From positions 1 to 18,836 of the forward strand of contig JAHQWW010000075.1 of the NCBI GenBank assembly GCA_029856365.1: a stretch of DNA of 18,836 nt, given 5' to 3'. The stretch comes from Candidatus Hodarchaeota archaeon (GTDB lineage Archaea; Asgardarchaeota; Heimdallarchaeia; Hodarchaeales; Hodarchaeaceae). Made by a program: the position numbers and the translations under genes. The notes under the pieces are model-generated. The model had not been told where the DNA came from and did no database searches. It saw nothing but the letters and a program-made list of their open reading frames with translations. Shown one piece after another: positions 1-9,400 of this stretch (positions are counted from its first letter, which is position 1; every line of letters begins with the position of its first letter).

Positions 1-180
1 GATAGTCACCATATTCAATTTAATGTGGTGACTGCAGATACTCTACGGCAGGCCCAGACGAATCCTGAAAGGTATCGTGATTTAATAGTTCGTGTTGCTG
101 GTTATAGCGATTATTTTGTTGATCTGATACCCGAATTACAAGATGAAATCATTAGAAGAACCGAACATGGGAGTTTTTAA
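1..180 (+). CDS. Glycyl-radical enzyme (PFL superfamily), C-terminal fragment; resembles trans-4-hydroxy-L-proline dehydratase HypD-like enzymes (5' partial)
   Basis: Not in the ORF track. Frame 1 translates to [59 protein letters not shown], containing QFNV and the glycyl-radical loop RVAGY. The subfamily call is tentative because the active-site region is outside the window. Confidence 0.93.
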   Translation, partial: DSHHIQFNVVTADTLRQAQTNPERYRDLIVRVAGYSDYFVDLIPELQDEIIRRTEHGSF

Positions 181-181
181 T

Positions 182-655
182 TCACTGGTTCTTTTTGAAA
201 GTGAGTTTCATCTCTGTATCCACAGGGATAAAACCACCTTTTTCATATACACTCTTCCCCACTTCTGTAGAGTGTAAACTAATAGAAGTGATACCTTCTT
301 TTTTTAGAAAATCAATGATTTCTTCCAGTATTTTCGATGCGATACCTTTCTTCCGCCATTTAGTAAGTGTAAACATATTCATTATGTAAGCTTCTTTTCC
401 AGAATCATTTCTTGGTGAGGGAGGTTTTTGAAAAAACACCAATCCGCTAGTAGCTACTATTTCACCATCATTATCCGCGACCCATGATAAAAACTCTTTT
501 CGGGGGATGAAGCGATTAAAATAGTGTTTACAGGCTATTTGAAAAGATTTTATTTCTTCTTTTCCCTTTAATAGTCCCATCTCTTCAAATAAAGCAATTC
601 TAAAGCGTACCAACGAATTTAAATCGTCTAGGCTCGCTCGTCGAATATGGATCAT
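182..655 (-). CDS. GNAT-family N-acetyltransferase
   Basis: Has N-terminal IRRASLDDL, acetyl-CoA motif A (YIMNMFTLTKWRKKGIASKIL) and C-terminal LHSTEVGKSVYEKGGF. Start moved from 685 to the ATG at 655, which follows an AAGGAG RBS-like motif and removes the overlap with the DinB gene. Confidence 0.92.
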   Translation of the reverse strand: MIHIRRASLDDLNSLVRFRIALFEEMGLLKGKEEIKSFQIACKHYFNRFIPRKEFLSWVADNDGEIVATSGLVFFQKPPSPRNDSGKEAYIMNMFTLTKWRKKGIASKILEEIIDFLKKEGITSISLHSTEVGKSVYEKGGFIPVDTEMKLTFKKNQ

Positions 656-671
656 CTCAATTCTCCTTAGT

Positions 672-1187
672 TTAAGACCTATCAACTTCTTGATTATCTA
701 ATTCATTAAAATAGTAGAGATAATCAGCATCAATTCTCTCTTTTTCCAACTTTTTTAGACAGTAATTAAGTTGCCCTCGATGGTACACAGTGTGCAAGAC
801 ATATTGGAGATAGTAATCATCTAAATTTATGGTGAAAGAGGAATCATTTATCCTTTGAATAGTTATTGTCCTATTCATATCTTGTTGGAAAGCCTTAGCA
901 ATTTCTTTGTCTCTAAGTTCCCAATGCTTTAATAATTCTTTAATTGTCATAGATTTGATATGATTTACTATTTCTTCTGGAGAACTTGAATTACTTGTGA
1001 TTCTTCTAAGACATGATTCTATTGCTAATATTATGTGCTCTACTTTTCTTCTTACACTTTCTAAAATTGGGCCTAGGTCTAGTGAAAATTCTTTTTTAGA
1101 GAAGTTCTCTAATTGTTTTCTAGTTTCATTTCCTGCCCATAGATGATAATTTCCAAGATCTGCGATGCCCATTTCTAATACACTCAA
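672..1187 (-). CDS. DinB/YfiT-family four-helix-bundle protein
   Basis: Has N-terminal YHLWAG, central His (VEHII) and C-terminal LHTVYHRGQL, giving the His triad typical of DinB. TTG start. Confidence 0.85.
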   Translation of the reverse strand: MSVLEMGIADLGNYHLWAGNETRKQLENFSKKEFSLDLGPILESVRRKVEHIILAIESCLRRITSNSSSPEEIVNHIKSMTIKELLKHWELRDKEIAKAFQQDMNRTITIQRINDSSFTINLDDYYLQYVLHTVYHRGQLNYCLKKLEKERIDADYLYYFNELDNQEVDRS

Positions 1188-1376
1188 ATTTAATTTTAGT
1201 TTTTGACGAATTTTAGAATTTTTAATTTTTCCTTATTAGGTAAATTTCGAGCGTTTTTTAAGTTTTTGACATTATTCTTTTAGAAATCAGACTCTATTTA
1301 ATGAATAGTGGTGATCTCTCATTCTTTTGCCCATATAGAAGTTTTTTTAAATAGAAAAACATCTGGAGAAACTTAA

Positions 1377-2417
1377 ATGATAAAAATCCCACAAAAAACC
1401 CTTCATTGGCTCCTCGAGGGCAATAATCCTCCAGTGAGAAATTTAACAAAAGAATATCTACAGAATAACAAACCAACGAAAGCTGAATTGGCACAAGTAA
1501 ATAATTATCTCCCCATTAAGACTATTCTCTCTTTATTAAAAACAGATGGTACTTGGACTGATCCAAAGAACCCCTATAAGAAATATACAGGAAATTACTG
1601 GCAGTTAATTTTTCTCTGTGATTTAAACGCTAATGGATCATCAGAACAAATCCAATTAGCATCTGAACATATTTTCTCCTATCAATTACCCGATGGTGGA
1701 TTTCCTCATAAAATAGGATTTAAAAAGCCATTGATATGTTTAACAGCGAATATTCTTCGCTCACTTATCTATTTTGGATATCAAAATGATAAACGTGTCC
1801 AAAAAGGGATCGATATGATTACACAACATGTTATTGAGCATCAGAGTGTAGTTTGCATTGATCCAATCTTTACATTGTTACCTGATTGTCAGATGGCCCT
1901 TACAAAAGTACTTGCTATGTATTCTTACTTAAATAAGAAAGATCATTCTTCAGATATTCAGCGAGTAATGAAAATCATTACAGAAAGAATTGCTGAAAAT
2001 AAAGTCTTTAGGTATGTCCCTACTGGAGCTAAAGAGTATTATAGCGCAATAAAAGGCAAAAAAACATCTGAAATTCGTCAAATTAAGACTCGAATGTTAA
2101 CACAAACCGATAAGCTGAAGAGAACTGTTGCTAAAAGCAGTTGGAAGAAATTTGGTTTTCCTCATTCTTATACTTCTGACGCTCTTGAAACTCTTTATTG
2201 GTTGGCAAAAACCAATTCTCAAAAACGTCCTGAGTTTGAAGAAGCTGTCAATCTGGTAATTAATCGTATGGATCCTTCAGGATATTGGATAAATGAAAAT
2301 AAATTCCGAAATCCGATGTTGGTTGAAATTGAACCAAAGAAATCACCCTCTAAATGGTTAACATTCAGAGCTTGCTTCGTATTGAATAAATTCAGTGAGT
2401 TAAAATTCAAATCATAG
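1377..2417 (+). CDS. Prenyltransferase/squalene-cyclase-like (alpha/alpha)-toroid protein, function unknown
   Basis: Has repeated QW-like motifs (LKTDGTW, QLPDGGF, MDPSGYW), N-terminal WLLEGNNPPVR, FGFPHSYTSDALE and C-terminal PSKWLTFRA. Confidence 0.7.
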   Translation: MIKIPQKTLHWLLEGNNPPVRNLTKEYLQNNKPTKAELAQVNNYLPIKTILSLLKTDGTWTDPKNPYKKYTGNYWQLIFLCDLNANGSSEQIQLASEHIFSYQLPDGGFPHKIGFKKPLICLTANILRSLIYFGYQNDKRVQKGIDMITQHVIEHQSVVCIDPIFTLLPDCQMALTKVLAMYSYLNKKDHSSDIQRVMKIITERIAENKVFRYVPTGAKEYYSAIKGKKTSEIRQIKTRMLTQTDKLKRTVAKSSWKKFGFPHSYTSDALETLYWLAKTNSQKRPEFEEAVNLVINRMDPSGYWINENKFRNPMLVEIEPKKSPSKWLTFRACFVLNKFSELKFKS

Positions 2418-2443
2418 GAAGTTATTTATTCTTAAATTTCTAT

Positions 2444-3637
2444 TTAAAACCCCTTAAGAGGAGATAAGAATGATCCTGCAGATCTCTCTGTTAGCGGAAT
2501 CATAGAGTCACATTCTTTTATCAAAACATCTTTGTCAGTAATAAACCTTCCAAGCTTTTTTGCTTGAAGCTTTATTGCACTTATTACATTATCTTCAATT
2601 TCCTCAAATAAAAACAGCTTTATTAACGATTCATTTTCTTGAAAAACGTCCCAAACTCCAATTATTCTCCCATTGAGCAAGATTGATGATGTAGCATTAC
2701 CAGAGCGATCAAAAACATAATTATAACGCTTAATCTTGATATATCTTTCACGTTCTTTGTATCCCATGACATACGGGTCTAGAGCTGGCATTAAATTAAC
2801 TATTTGCCTTTTAGAACTCCGAACAGTGTCTATCAGATCTTTATCAGAGGCTAACATAAGAAGATCCTTATTAAGATCTAGAATTTTGACTTGTAAGATT
2901 TGATCTTGAATGTGATTCAATGCCTTTGTTACCTTTGTTCTGTTTAATCCAGTCCACCATATTGCATCCTTTTCAGAAATAGGGCCAAATGTGGCTAAAT
3001 AGTATTGAACTAGCTGATTTATAGCTTGTTGCTCACTAAATTGAGAGAAATCTATATTAGGGAAAAACGCATTGAAAAGAGAATATTTTCGAGGTCTAGT
3101 TCTTATTAATAATGCTTGGTCACACATCAAATACAGAATGAACGAGATAGATTTAAAAGTCGTTTGTAGAGCATTTTTTATCTCTGAAGCACTCATTTCT
3201 TCTTTATTATCTTTTAAGATACTAAGAATTGATTCTGAAAGCACTTTATATCTATCAAAAGAGATCCCTCGGAATTCCAAAGCTTTTATAGATTGTGTTT
3301 CAACCATTTTGCTTGTTGCCACATAAACTACTGGGATTATTTCTTTAGGGAAAATAAAGAGAGTTCTTCGGATACAGCGAATTTTCCCAAGATTTTTTTT
3401 GATGAACAGCTCTTCATCTAGATCCTTTTTTATGAAATTAGGCATTCGAGCAAACAAAGATATATATGGAACCTTGGTACTGGTGGCGTGTAACCCCCCA
3501 ATCTCCTTTACTATTTTCCCAATATCTTTAGTTCTTGTTTCATCTACTAAATGCTGTTTGTATAAGATTAACCGATTGATTTCATTTAATGTAATATCTA
3601 TCATGTTATCATCAATTAGAATCTCTTTACTTTTCAC
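2444..3637 (-). CDS. AlkZ/YcaQ-like (HTH_42) winged-helix DNA glycosylase family protein
   Basis: Has GGLHAT...PYISLFARM, RCIRRTLFI, YLATFGPISEKDAIWWTGL, LMPALDPYVMGYKER and ILLNGRIIGVW, matching the family layout. GTG start, exact position uncertain (an ATG about 11 codons downstream is an alternative). Confidence 0.88.
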   Translation of the reverse strand: MKSKEILIDDNMIDITLNEINRLILYKQHLVDETRTKDIGKIVKEIGGLHATSTKVPYISLFARMPNFIKKDLDEELFIKKNLGKIRCIRRTLFIFPKEIIPVVYVATSKMVETQSIKALEFRGISFDRYKVLSESILSILKDNKEEMSASEIKNALQTTFKSISFILYLMCDQALLIRTRPRKYSLFNAFFPNIDFSQFSEQQAINQLVQYYLATFGPISEKDAIWWTGLNRTKVTKALNHIQDQILQVKILDLNKDLLMLASDKDLIDTVRSSKRQIVNLMPALDPYVMGYKERERYIKIKRYNYVFDRSGNATSSILLNGRIIGVWDVFQENESLIKLFLFEEIEDNVISAIKLQAKKLGRFITDKDVLIKECDSMIPLTERSAGSFLSPLKGF

Positions 3638-3684
3638 ATCTCAATACAATTAAGAACTCAAAAGTCATAATCTTTGTTTGTTAT

Positions 3685-4641
3685 TCAAATATTCGATATT
3701 TTTACATTTCTTTGCTTCAAAAAATCCATTACTTCCTTCATCGTGGGCAATGACATTGCTCCTTGTTTCATAATTTTTAACGCTGACACGGCATTGGCAA
3801 AATAAGGGATATCGTACATATCTAGCTTCAAAAGAAGTCCCGTGATCATACCCGCAGCAAAGGCATCACCTGCACCTGTTGTATCTACAACAGGAACTTT
3901 AAACGAAGGTGCAAAAAAGCTCTCTTCTTTAGTTATGATTCTTGAACCTTGTTCTCCTGAAGTTAATCCTATCATGTCAGGGCCAATTTCAAAAATGGCT
4001 TCTAGCGCTTTTTCTCCTTTTTTTCCTGTAATAAATTCCGCTTCACTCAAAGATGGGATAAAAATATCTGTCTTTTCTAATACTTCAAGTAAATGTTCTC
4101 GGGGATCTAGGTGATGCCACAGATCATCTCGGAGATTTGGATCACACGCAACTAATACATTGTTTTGCTTTGCAATATGAATGGTCTTTTTTATTGCAGA
4201 TCTGGCTGGTTCATCCGCCATCGAGACAGTTCCATACATCAAAACTTTACTAGACTTTATATACTCTGTATTAATTTCTGACTCTTTTAACATAATATCT
4301 GCACATGGGGATCGATAGAATGAAAAAGAAGGCTTTTTTGATTCATCTAGACCTACAAACGCTAGAGCAGTCTTATATTCATTAGTTATAATTATTTGAC
4401 TGACATCGACCCCTTCTTTCTCTAAAGCTTCAAGTAAGAAGCGTCCGAAAAAGTCATCTCCGACTTTTGTAATTAAACCAGCTTCATGACCTAATTTTCT
4501 TACTCCAACAATAAAATTAGCTGGAGCTCCTCCAGCAAACCGCTTAAAAGTGGTTTGATCCTCCATACGTGTTCCAGGATTATCCGCGATTAGATCAATC
4601 AAGAGTTCGCCTATAGCTATTACATCAAGCATGGTAGACAT
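3685..4641 (-). CDS. PfkB/ribokinase-family carbohydrate kinase (fructokinase-like)
   Basis: Has GELLID, AGGAPAN, KVGDDFFG, DPNLR and the PfkB signature VDTTGAGDAFAAG. Start is likely the ATG at 4641 or 4632 rather than 4716, since family similarity begins at MLDVIAIGE. Confidence 0.95.
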   Translation of the reverse strand: MSTMLDVIAIGELLIDLIADNPGTRMEDQTTFKRFAGGAPANFIVGVRKLGHEAGLITKVGDDFFGRFLLEALEKEGVDVSQIIITNEYKTALAFVGLDESKKPSFSFYRSPCADIMLKESEINTEYIKSSKVLMYGTVSMADEPARSAIKKTIHIAKQNNVLVACDPNLRDDLWHHLDPREHLLEVLEKTDIFIPSLSEAEFITGKKGEKALEAIFEIGPDMIGLTSGEQGSRIITKEESFFAPSFKVPVVDTTGAGDAFAAGMITGLLLKLDMYDIPYFANAVSALKIMKQGAMSLPTMKEVMDFLKQRNVKISNI

Positions 4642-4870
4642 AACCAATCCTACTGACAAGACATACCATCGTGATAGCATTACTTTAATCTTTATTATTT
4701 CCGATGGAAAATTCATTTATAATTTATAATAGTGATTATTTGTAATCTGAAATAAGTACAGATATACAGGTGAACAAATAACCAAACAATTAAGAAAATT
4801 AGATGACTTTGATCTTAATGTTTATGAGTCAGGAATGAAGATTTTAATCATAAAAAAAGACAATATTGGT

Positions 4871-5014
4871 ATGAAATCAAAGAGGAAAATCACAGAACCA
4901 AGAAATGGGACAGAATCAGAAGGTAGAAGGGAAATCCCTCCAATAAATGTCCATCTACTCGTTCTAACGCTCATCCTGTCCCTCATCTTTTTGCTAGCAA
5001 TATTAGTCTTTTGA
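4871..5014 (+). pseudogene. Truncated, diverged duplicate of the 5' end of the 5260..6402 gene (47-aa ORF with one hydrophobic helix)
   Basis: Translates to MKSKRKITEPRNGTESEGRREIPPINVHLLVLTLILSLIFLLAILVF*, which aligns without gaps to (W)ESMKKSTEPKNKTQTEGRTEITPIIVHPLALALILSLIFSLGGLF. DNA similarity is visible, e.g. cgctcatcctgtccctcatcttt vs cgctcattctgtcactcatcttt. Confidence 0.8.
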
Positions 5015-5259
5015 GAGGAATTTGTATTTTCATTTCCGAGAAATTATGATTATCACAACCAATGGGGAAAACACTGGAACCTTAACACAAGGATTGAAGC
5101 CTTCCTGACCAAACAGTTGCAAAAAGACTGATTCTCATTCCTGCTGATGTTGTAGAGAATTCTTTTAATCGTTCTTTGACATTTTTGGTAGAAAAACTAC
5201 TTTTTCTAAGATAATCTTTTATGTGCGTATGAAGCGTTAGTAGAAGTAAGATCTTCTCT

Positions 5260-6402
5260 ATGGGTTGGACATGGGAATCAATGAAGAAAAGTACTGAACC
5301 AAAAAATAAGACACAAACTGAAGGAAGAACGGAAATCACTCCAATTATTGTTCATCCACTCGCTCTAGCGCTCATTCTGTCACTCATCTTTTCGCTAGGG
5401 GGATTATTTTTGATGGTAACAGTCCCTGAGGAATTAAATCGCTTTTTAGAAAATTACATCGCTGATCCGTGGTATGCTCCAAGTGAGGAAGGCGTCCAAG
5501 TACGGGCACAATATGAGTCAGTGGTAGCTTTTCTTAGACCTATAGCATACCTTTCGTTCTGGTTAATGATTATAACGATAATAGTTGGAGTACTCATTAA
5601 GCGGTACAAGCTGAGCTTTTTAGGATCCTTGACCTTCTACCTTCCGATTTTTGGTCAATTTGCTACAATGATGGGCCCTTTCTTTATTTTTGCAGGCATT
5701 GGGGTGTCACGAACTCTTTGGGTACCTATTCTGGATCACGTCCCCAAACTCTTGAATCTAGGCGCCATATTTTACTTCCCACTGGTGGTGATATTTTTTC
5801 TGATTGATCTTCTTCTTGCACTCTTAATATTTTCGCTGCGGGAACCTCTTTTACAACCACTACTAGGAGAAGAAATGGCAATATCAATTACGCATTTGTT
5901 GAATTTTATGATTGTTTTTTTTATTGCTGGAATAGGTATTTTCATTTTCACGTTTGCAGTGGTGACGTGGTTATATGGACGATTTCAAGGTCGGAAGGTC
6001 ATAGATTTTTGGATTTATCGCTATTCAAGGCATCCCCAATATATGGGGCTGATTATTTGGAACTATGGCCTGTTAATGTTATCAACAATTTCTCATATTG
6101 GCCTCTTCCCCCCCACGTTCCCTTTCCTTGTATTGTCTTTGGTAATCATTGGGATGGCTCTGAATGAAGAGAATACGATGATTCGACAACATACTGAGGA
6201 ATATATTACGTGGCGAGAGCGAACACCATTCCTATTTCCTTTACCCCGAAGAATCAGATCATTTATTACGTATCCTATGAGAAAGTTGATAAAGAAGGAG
6301 TGGCCGGAAAGTAACAAAGATATTATCCAGGTCTTACTGATTTATGGTTCTATTGTGGTATTGATGTCGGTTCCCCTTGTGAATTATGTCTTCTGGCAAT
6401 GA
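5260..6402 (+). CDS. Multi-pass membrane protein, isoprenylcysteine carboxyl methyltransferase / PEMT / DUF1295 superfamily
   Basis: Has many hydrophobic segments, the signature IYRYSRHPQYMG, then NEE and EEYITWRERTPFLFP. Start may be 5260 or 5281. Confidence 0.85.
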   Translation: MGWTWESMKKSTEPKNKTQTEGRTEITPIIVHPLALALILSLIFSLGGLFLMVTVPEELNRFLENYIADPWYAPSEEGVQVRAQYESVVAFLRPIAYLSFWLMIITIIVGVLIKRYKLSFLGSLTFYLPIFGQFATMMGPFFIFAGIGVSRTLWVPILDHVPKLLNLGAIFYFPLVVIFFLIDLLLALLIFSLREPLLQPLLGEEMAISITHLLNFMIVFFIAGIGIFIFTFAVVTWLYGRFQGRKVIDFWIYRYSRHPQYMGLIIWNYGLLMLSTISHIGLFPPTFPFLVLSLVIIGMALNEENTMIRQHTEEYITWRERTPFLFPLPRRIRSFITYPMRKLIKKEWPESNKDIIQVLLIYGSIVVLMSVPLVNYVFWQ

Positions 6403-6441
6403 AAACTTACTTCATCTTTCTTCTCTTCGACAATCGCAAAC

Positions 6442-9400
6442 TTATACCGATTTTCCCCGAGGCCATAGATCTTGGATGATTTCTTTCAGAACTCCAACGA
6501 GGCGACTGTCCGTTGTAATAATCAATTGAACCCCAATATCGTCGGAACCGATCGCAGCTTCTTCCGTACCATCTCTTGCAAAAGCATAGATTTCCACGTT
6601 TTCATAGTGTTTTAATTGGACATTTCCTAGCTCTTGAGTAATCTTTCTAGCCGTTTCCTGGGAATCAACATTAGTAAGAATCTGTATTCGTCGTCGAGTT
6701 CCTGCTTGTTCAAGTACATCCCAAGGAATCATCGATAGTTTAGGCACCATTATTTGAATGGTACTCTTCGTCCGACTTAACATTGCTTGGAGTGTCTGCA
6801 TGACCCTATCAACAGGTTGCAAATAAGTCTCCTCTACACTGGCTATTGGCACTTCCATTGCTTGTTTCTGGATCTCTGAGATTAGTGACATTAATTTTTT
6901 ACTTTTAGAAAGTCCTGATCCAAGTTTAGCGGGAATTTTACCAATAATTTGTGAAAGATCACTTGAAATTGTGTCCTGTGTTTGTGTTGCTTTTTTATCA
7001 ACTTCTGAAGTAAGATTCAACACATCATACTCTAATACTTTAGAGACATTGTCACTTTTTGATTCGAAGAAGGAGTATGTTTCTGTAAGTATAGAATCAA
7101 TGTCATCATAATATGAACTACTTCCTTCAGTAATTATATTCTGAATCTCTGTGATGCTTTCTTGGATGTTATTGGAAATGACTTCCACATTATCGGAAAT
7201 TATTTGACCAAAAGTGTTTGAAAAACTAGTAAGATTTTGATCTACTTCTTTGAATAATATCTGATGACGATCTGTAGCAGTATTTTTCTCTATTTCCAAA
7301 GCATTTATACTATTAGTGACTCTGTCATCCAAGAAATCACTGCTTTGGTTTAGAAGTGTATCATGACGGCTATTCAAAGTCGAAATAAAATTCTGAGCAG
7401 TTGCTACAAATGCTTCAAGAGAAGCTTGAAATTCTTGATATAGACGGTTCACTTTTTGACTTAATTGAATCTTACCAGAGTTTATATCAGTTTCTATTTT
7501 TATAATAATATCTTGGACATTAGTACTAAATATTTCGATGGCTTGATGAATCTCCTTCTCTATTTGAGCCCTTTTATGTGGTATTTTTTTATCTAATTCA
7601 GTAATTTTTGATTTTAAACTGTTTATTTCGCTTTGTAATCCAGTATAAATTTTTTCAATTTGATCTTTGAACTCTCCTCTCTCAGAGGAAGCTTGTTGTT
7701 CGACTGTCTTGAGATGATTTAAGCTAGAGGACTTTAAGTTGTCAATAATTTCTTTAGAATTGCTGTATTGCCCTTCAATATCTTTTAGCAATTGAGTTGA
7801 AATTTCTTCAATCCTAGTTGGAAGAGAACGAATATCTTGCAGCTTATCATTTGCGTTCGCTAGAGTCTTCGAGGATATTTCCTTTATCGACTCATTAGTG
7901 GTTTGAGTAATAGTTTTTATAGAATCTTGAAGTTTTTCATTTATTTCCTTAAGAGTTGAAATGATTACCGTACCATTATCCTCCAATTTAGTTGGAATTT
8001 CTTGAAATTTCTCTTTTTGAGATAAATTCAACACCTGGATATTCGTATCTATAATCGTCTTTAAGTCGTCTTGAGCTTCTTCTAGGGCTTTAATCAAATT
8101 CTGTAAGTTACTACTTGTCGATTCTAGGAAAGTATTTGATTGTTTATCCAGTTCTTCATTAAGTTGAGAAAGAATGGAACTTCCCTTTTGAGAAGCCAAT
8201 TTCCAATGAGTAGACATAATTTCTTTGAAATTAGAAAGATCAGATTGAGATTTGAGCCTATTAAAGGTTTTGTCTATCTCAGAAATTATAGATTCGTTAA
8301 TTACTTCCGCGATTCGTGCTCCTCCAGATTCACTTGCAGATTGAAAAGCAAGTTGAAGGTTCTGGATAAAATTTTCCACTTCAACATTAAGAATTGCTTC
8401 AAGTTCTCTTGGCGCTTGAGCTGTCTGATCTAATTGCACAATAGAGTTATTTAGCTTGTTAAATTCATTGATTAGACTTTGTTTAAGACTTTCATCAAGA
8501 GAGGTAGAAATCGTCGAGAGAAGAAGCCCTAGCTGGTCAATAAGATTCGCTTTTCGTGTGTTATATCTCTCTTTTATTCTGTCTGAAAATTCCGTGATAT
8601 TCTTCAGTGCCAGTTCATATGATGAATTGATAGATTTTGTAAGGTCTTCCTTGATAGTGTCCATTAAACGTTGGATCTCTAAATTTTGAGTATTCAAACT
8701 TGAGTTTATTGTTTCTGCAAAGGATTCACTAGATGCGTTAAGATTATGAATTTGGTCATCAATAAGTCTTTCTGTCCGTTTTTGAGCGCTATCAAATTCT
8801 TTCATTGCTGAGGTTACAATTTTTTCGATATCTTGAAATCCTCCTTTCCCTAGACTAACTCTCTTACTTAATCTTTCAGTGACCTCGGAATTAATTTCAG
8901 TCAAACGATTTCTTATCTTGTTAAGTTCTGCCTTTACAGCCCGATCGAAGGTGTTAAAATCATCAGTATGCCGTGCTTGGTATTCTTCAAGTTGAGTGGG
9001 AATATTCCGACTGAGTTCTAAGGTTGATTTCTCAATTTTTTCAGAGAGAGCTTTTAGTCGCTCCTTTGAAGTAATGATTTGTTCTTTCTGTTCGTTTTCT
9101 GCCTTTTCACTGACTTCTGTGACATCCACGGCAAGATTAGCAATATCTTGATCAAAAGTTTCGGAAATTGTTTGATTGCCAGCTTCTATATTCATTTTAA
9201 ATTGGTCAAGAATCCTTGAAATCTCTGCCTGAGTATTCATCGAGATTTGGTTTAAATCCTCTGACACACTACTAATGACATTAAAATTCTGAGTGATTTC
9301 TTCTGTTCTTGCACCTACATTTTCTACAAGCATTGACTGCATTTGACCAAGTATCATATTTGCTGAAGTCCCAAAGGAAGAGAATTCCTCATTCGCCACA

